Origin: Folioceros fuciformis
Taxonomy: Eukaryota
Direction of reading: 5' to 3'
Assembly (NCBI GenBank): GCA_049999805.1
Contig: JBNGIO010006342.1
Location: 103,778 to 167,777, forward strand
Length of the DNA: 64,000 nt
Position numbers and translations under genes: made by a program. The notes under the pieces were generated by a model, which had not been told where the DNA came from, searched no databases, and saw nothing but the letters and a program-made list of their open reading frames with translations. Each line of letters opens with the position of its first letter. Within the stretch, counting starts at the first letter, position 1. Positions 63,994 through 64,000 of this stretch are shown piece after piece.

Positions 63994-64000
63994 GCTAACA

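Overview
Eukaryotic, gene-dense genomic DNA from a land plant. Short introns, compact intergenic spacers and a RAM1 gene suggest a non-seed plant such as a hornwort, but that is inference. About 12 protein-coding genes are present, most of them spliced: TFIIA small subunit, a U-box-less ARM-repeat protein, a p101/PIK3R5-like protein, the GRAS factor RAM1, a GH28 polygalacturonase, an NPF transporter, exosome subunit CSL4, DEAD-box helicase RH50, INCENP, a Lys-rich protein with a small conserved C-terminal domain, an nsLTP and a PSD2/3-type phosphatidylserine decarboxylase. There is one tRNA-Arg(CCT). Repeat/TE blocks include a DDD-transposase TIR element (one near-complete copy plus one right end), Copia and Gypsy remnants, LTR+PBS pieces and several tandem arrays. 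The standout is the multi-exon gene at 7602-11428. Its protein is collinear with the class IB PI3K adaptor p101/p84, a family not known from flowering plants, and it retains diacylglycerol-kinase-like GGDGT, LPLGxxN and VDGE motifs. All homology calls come from motif recognition and recalled sequences, not from database searches. Exon boundaries were read by eye.
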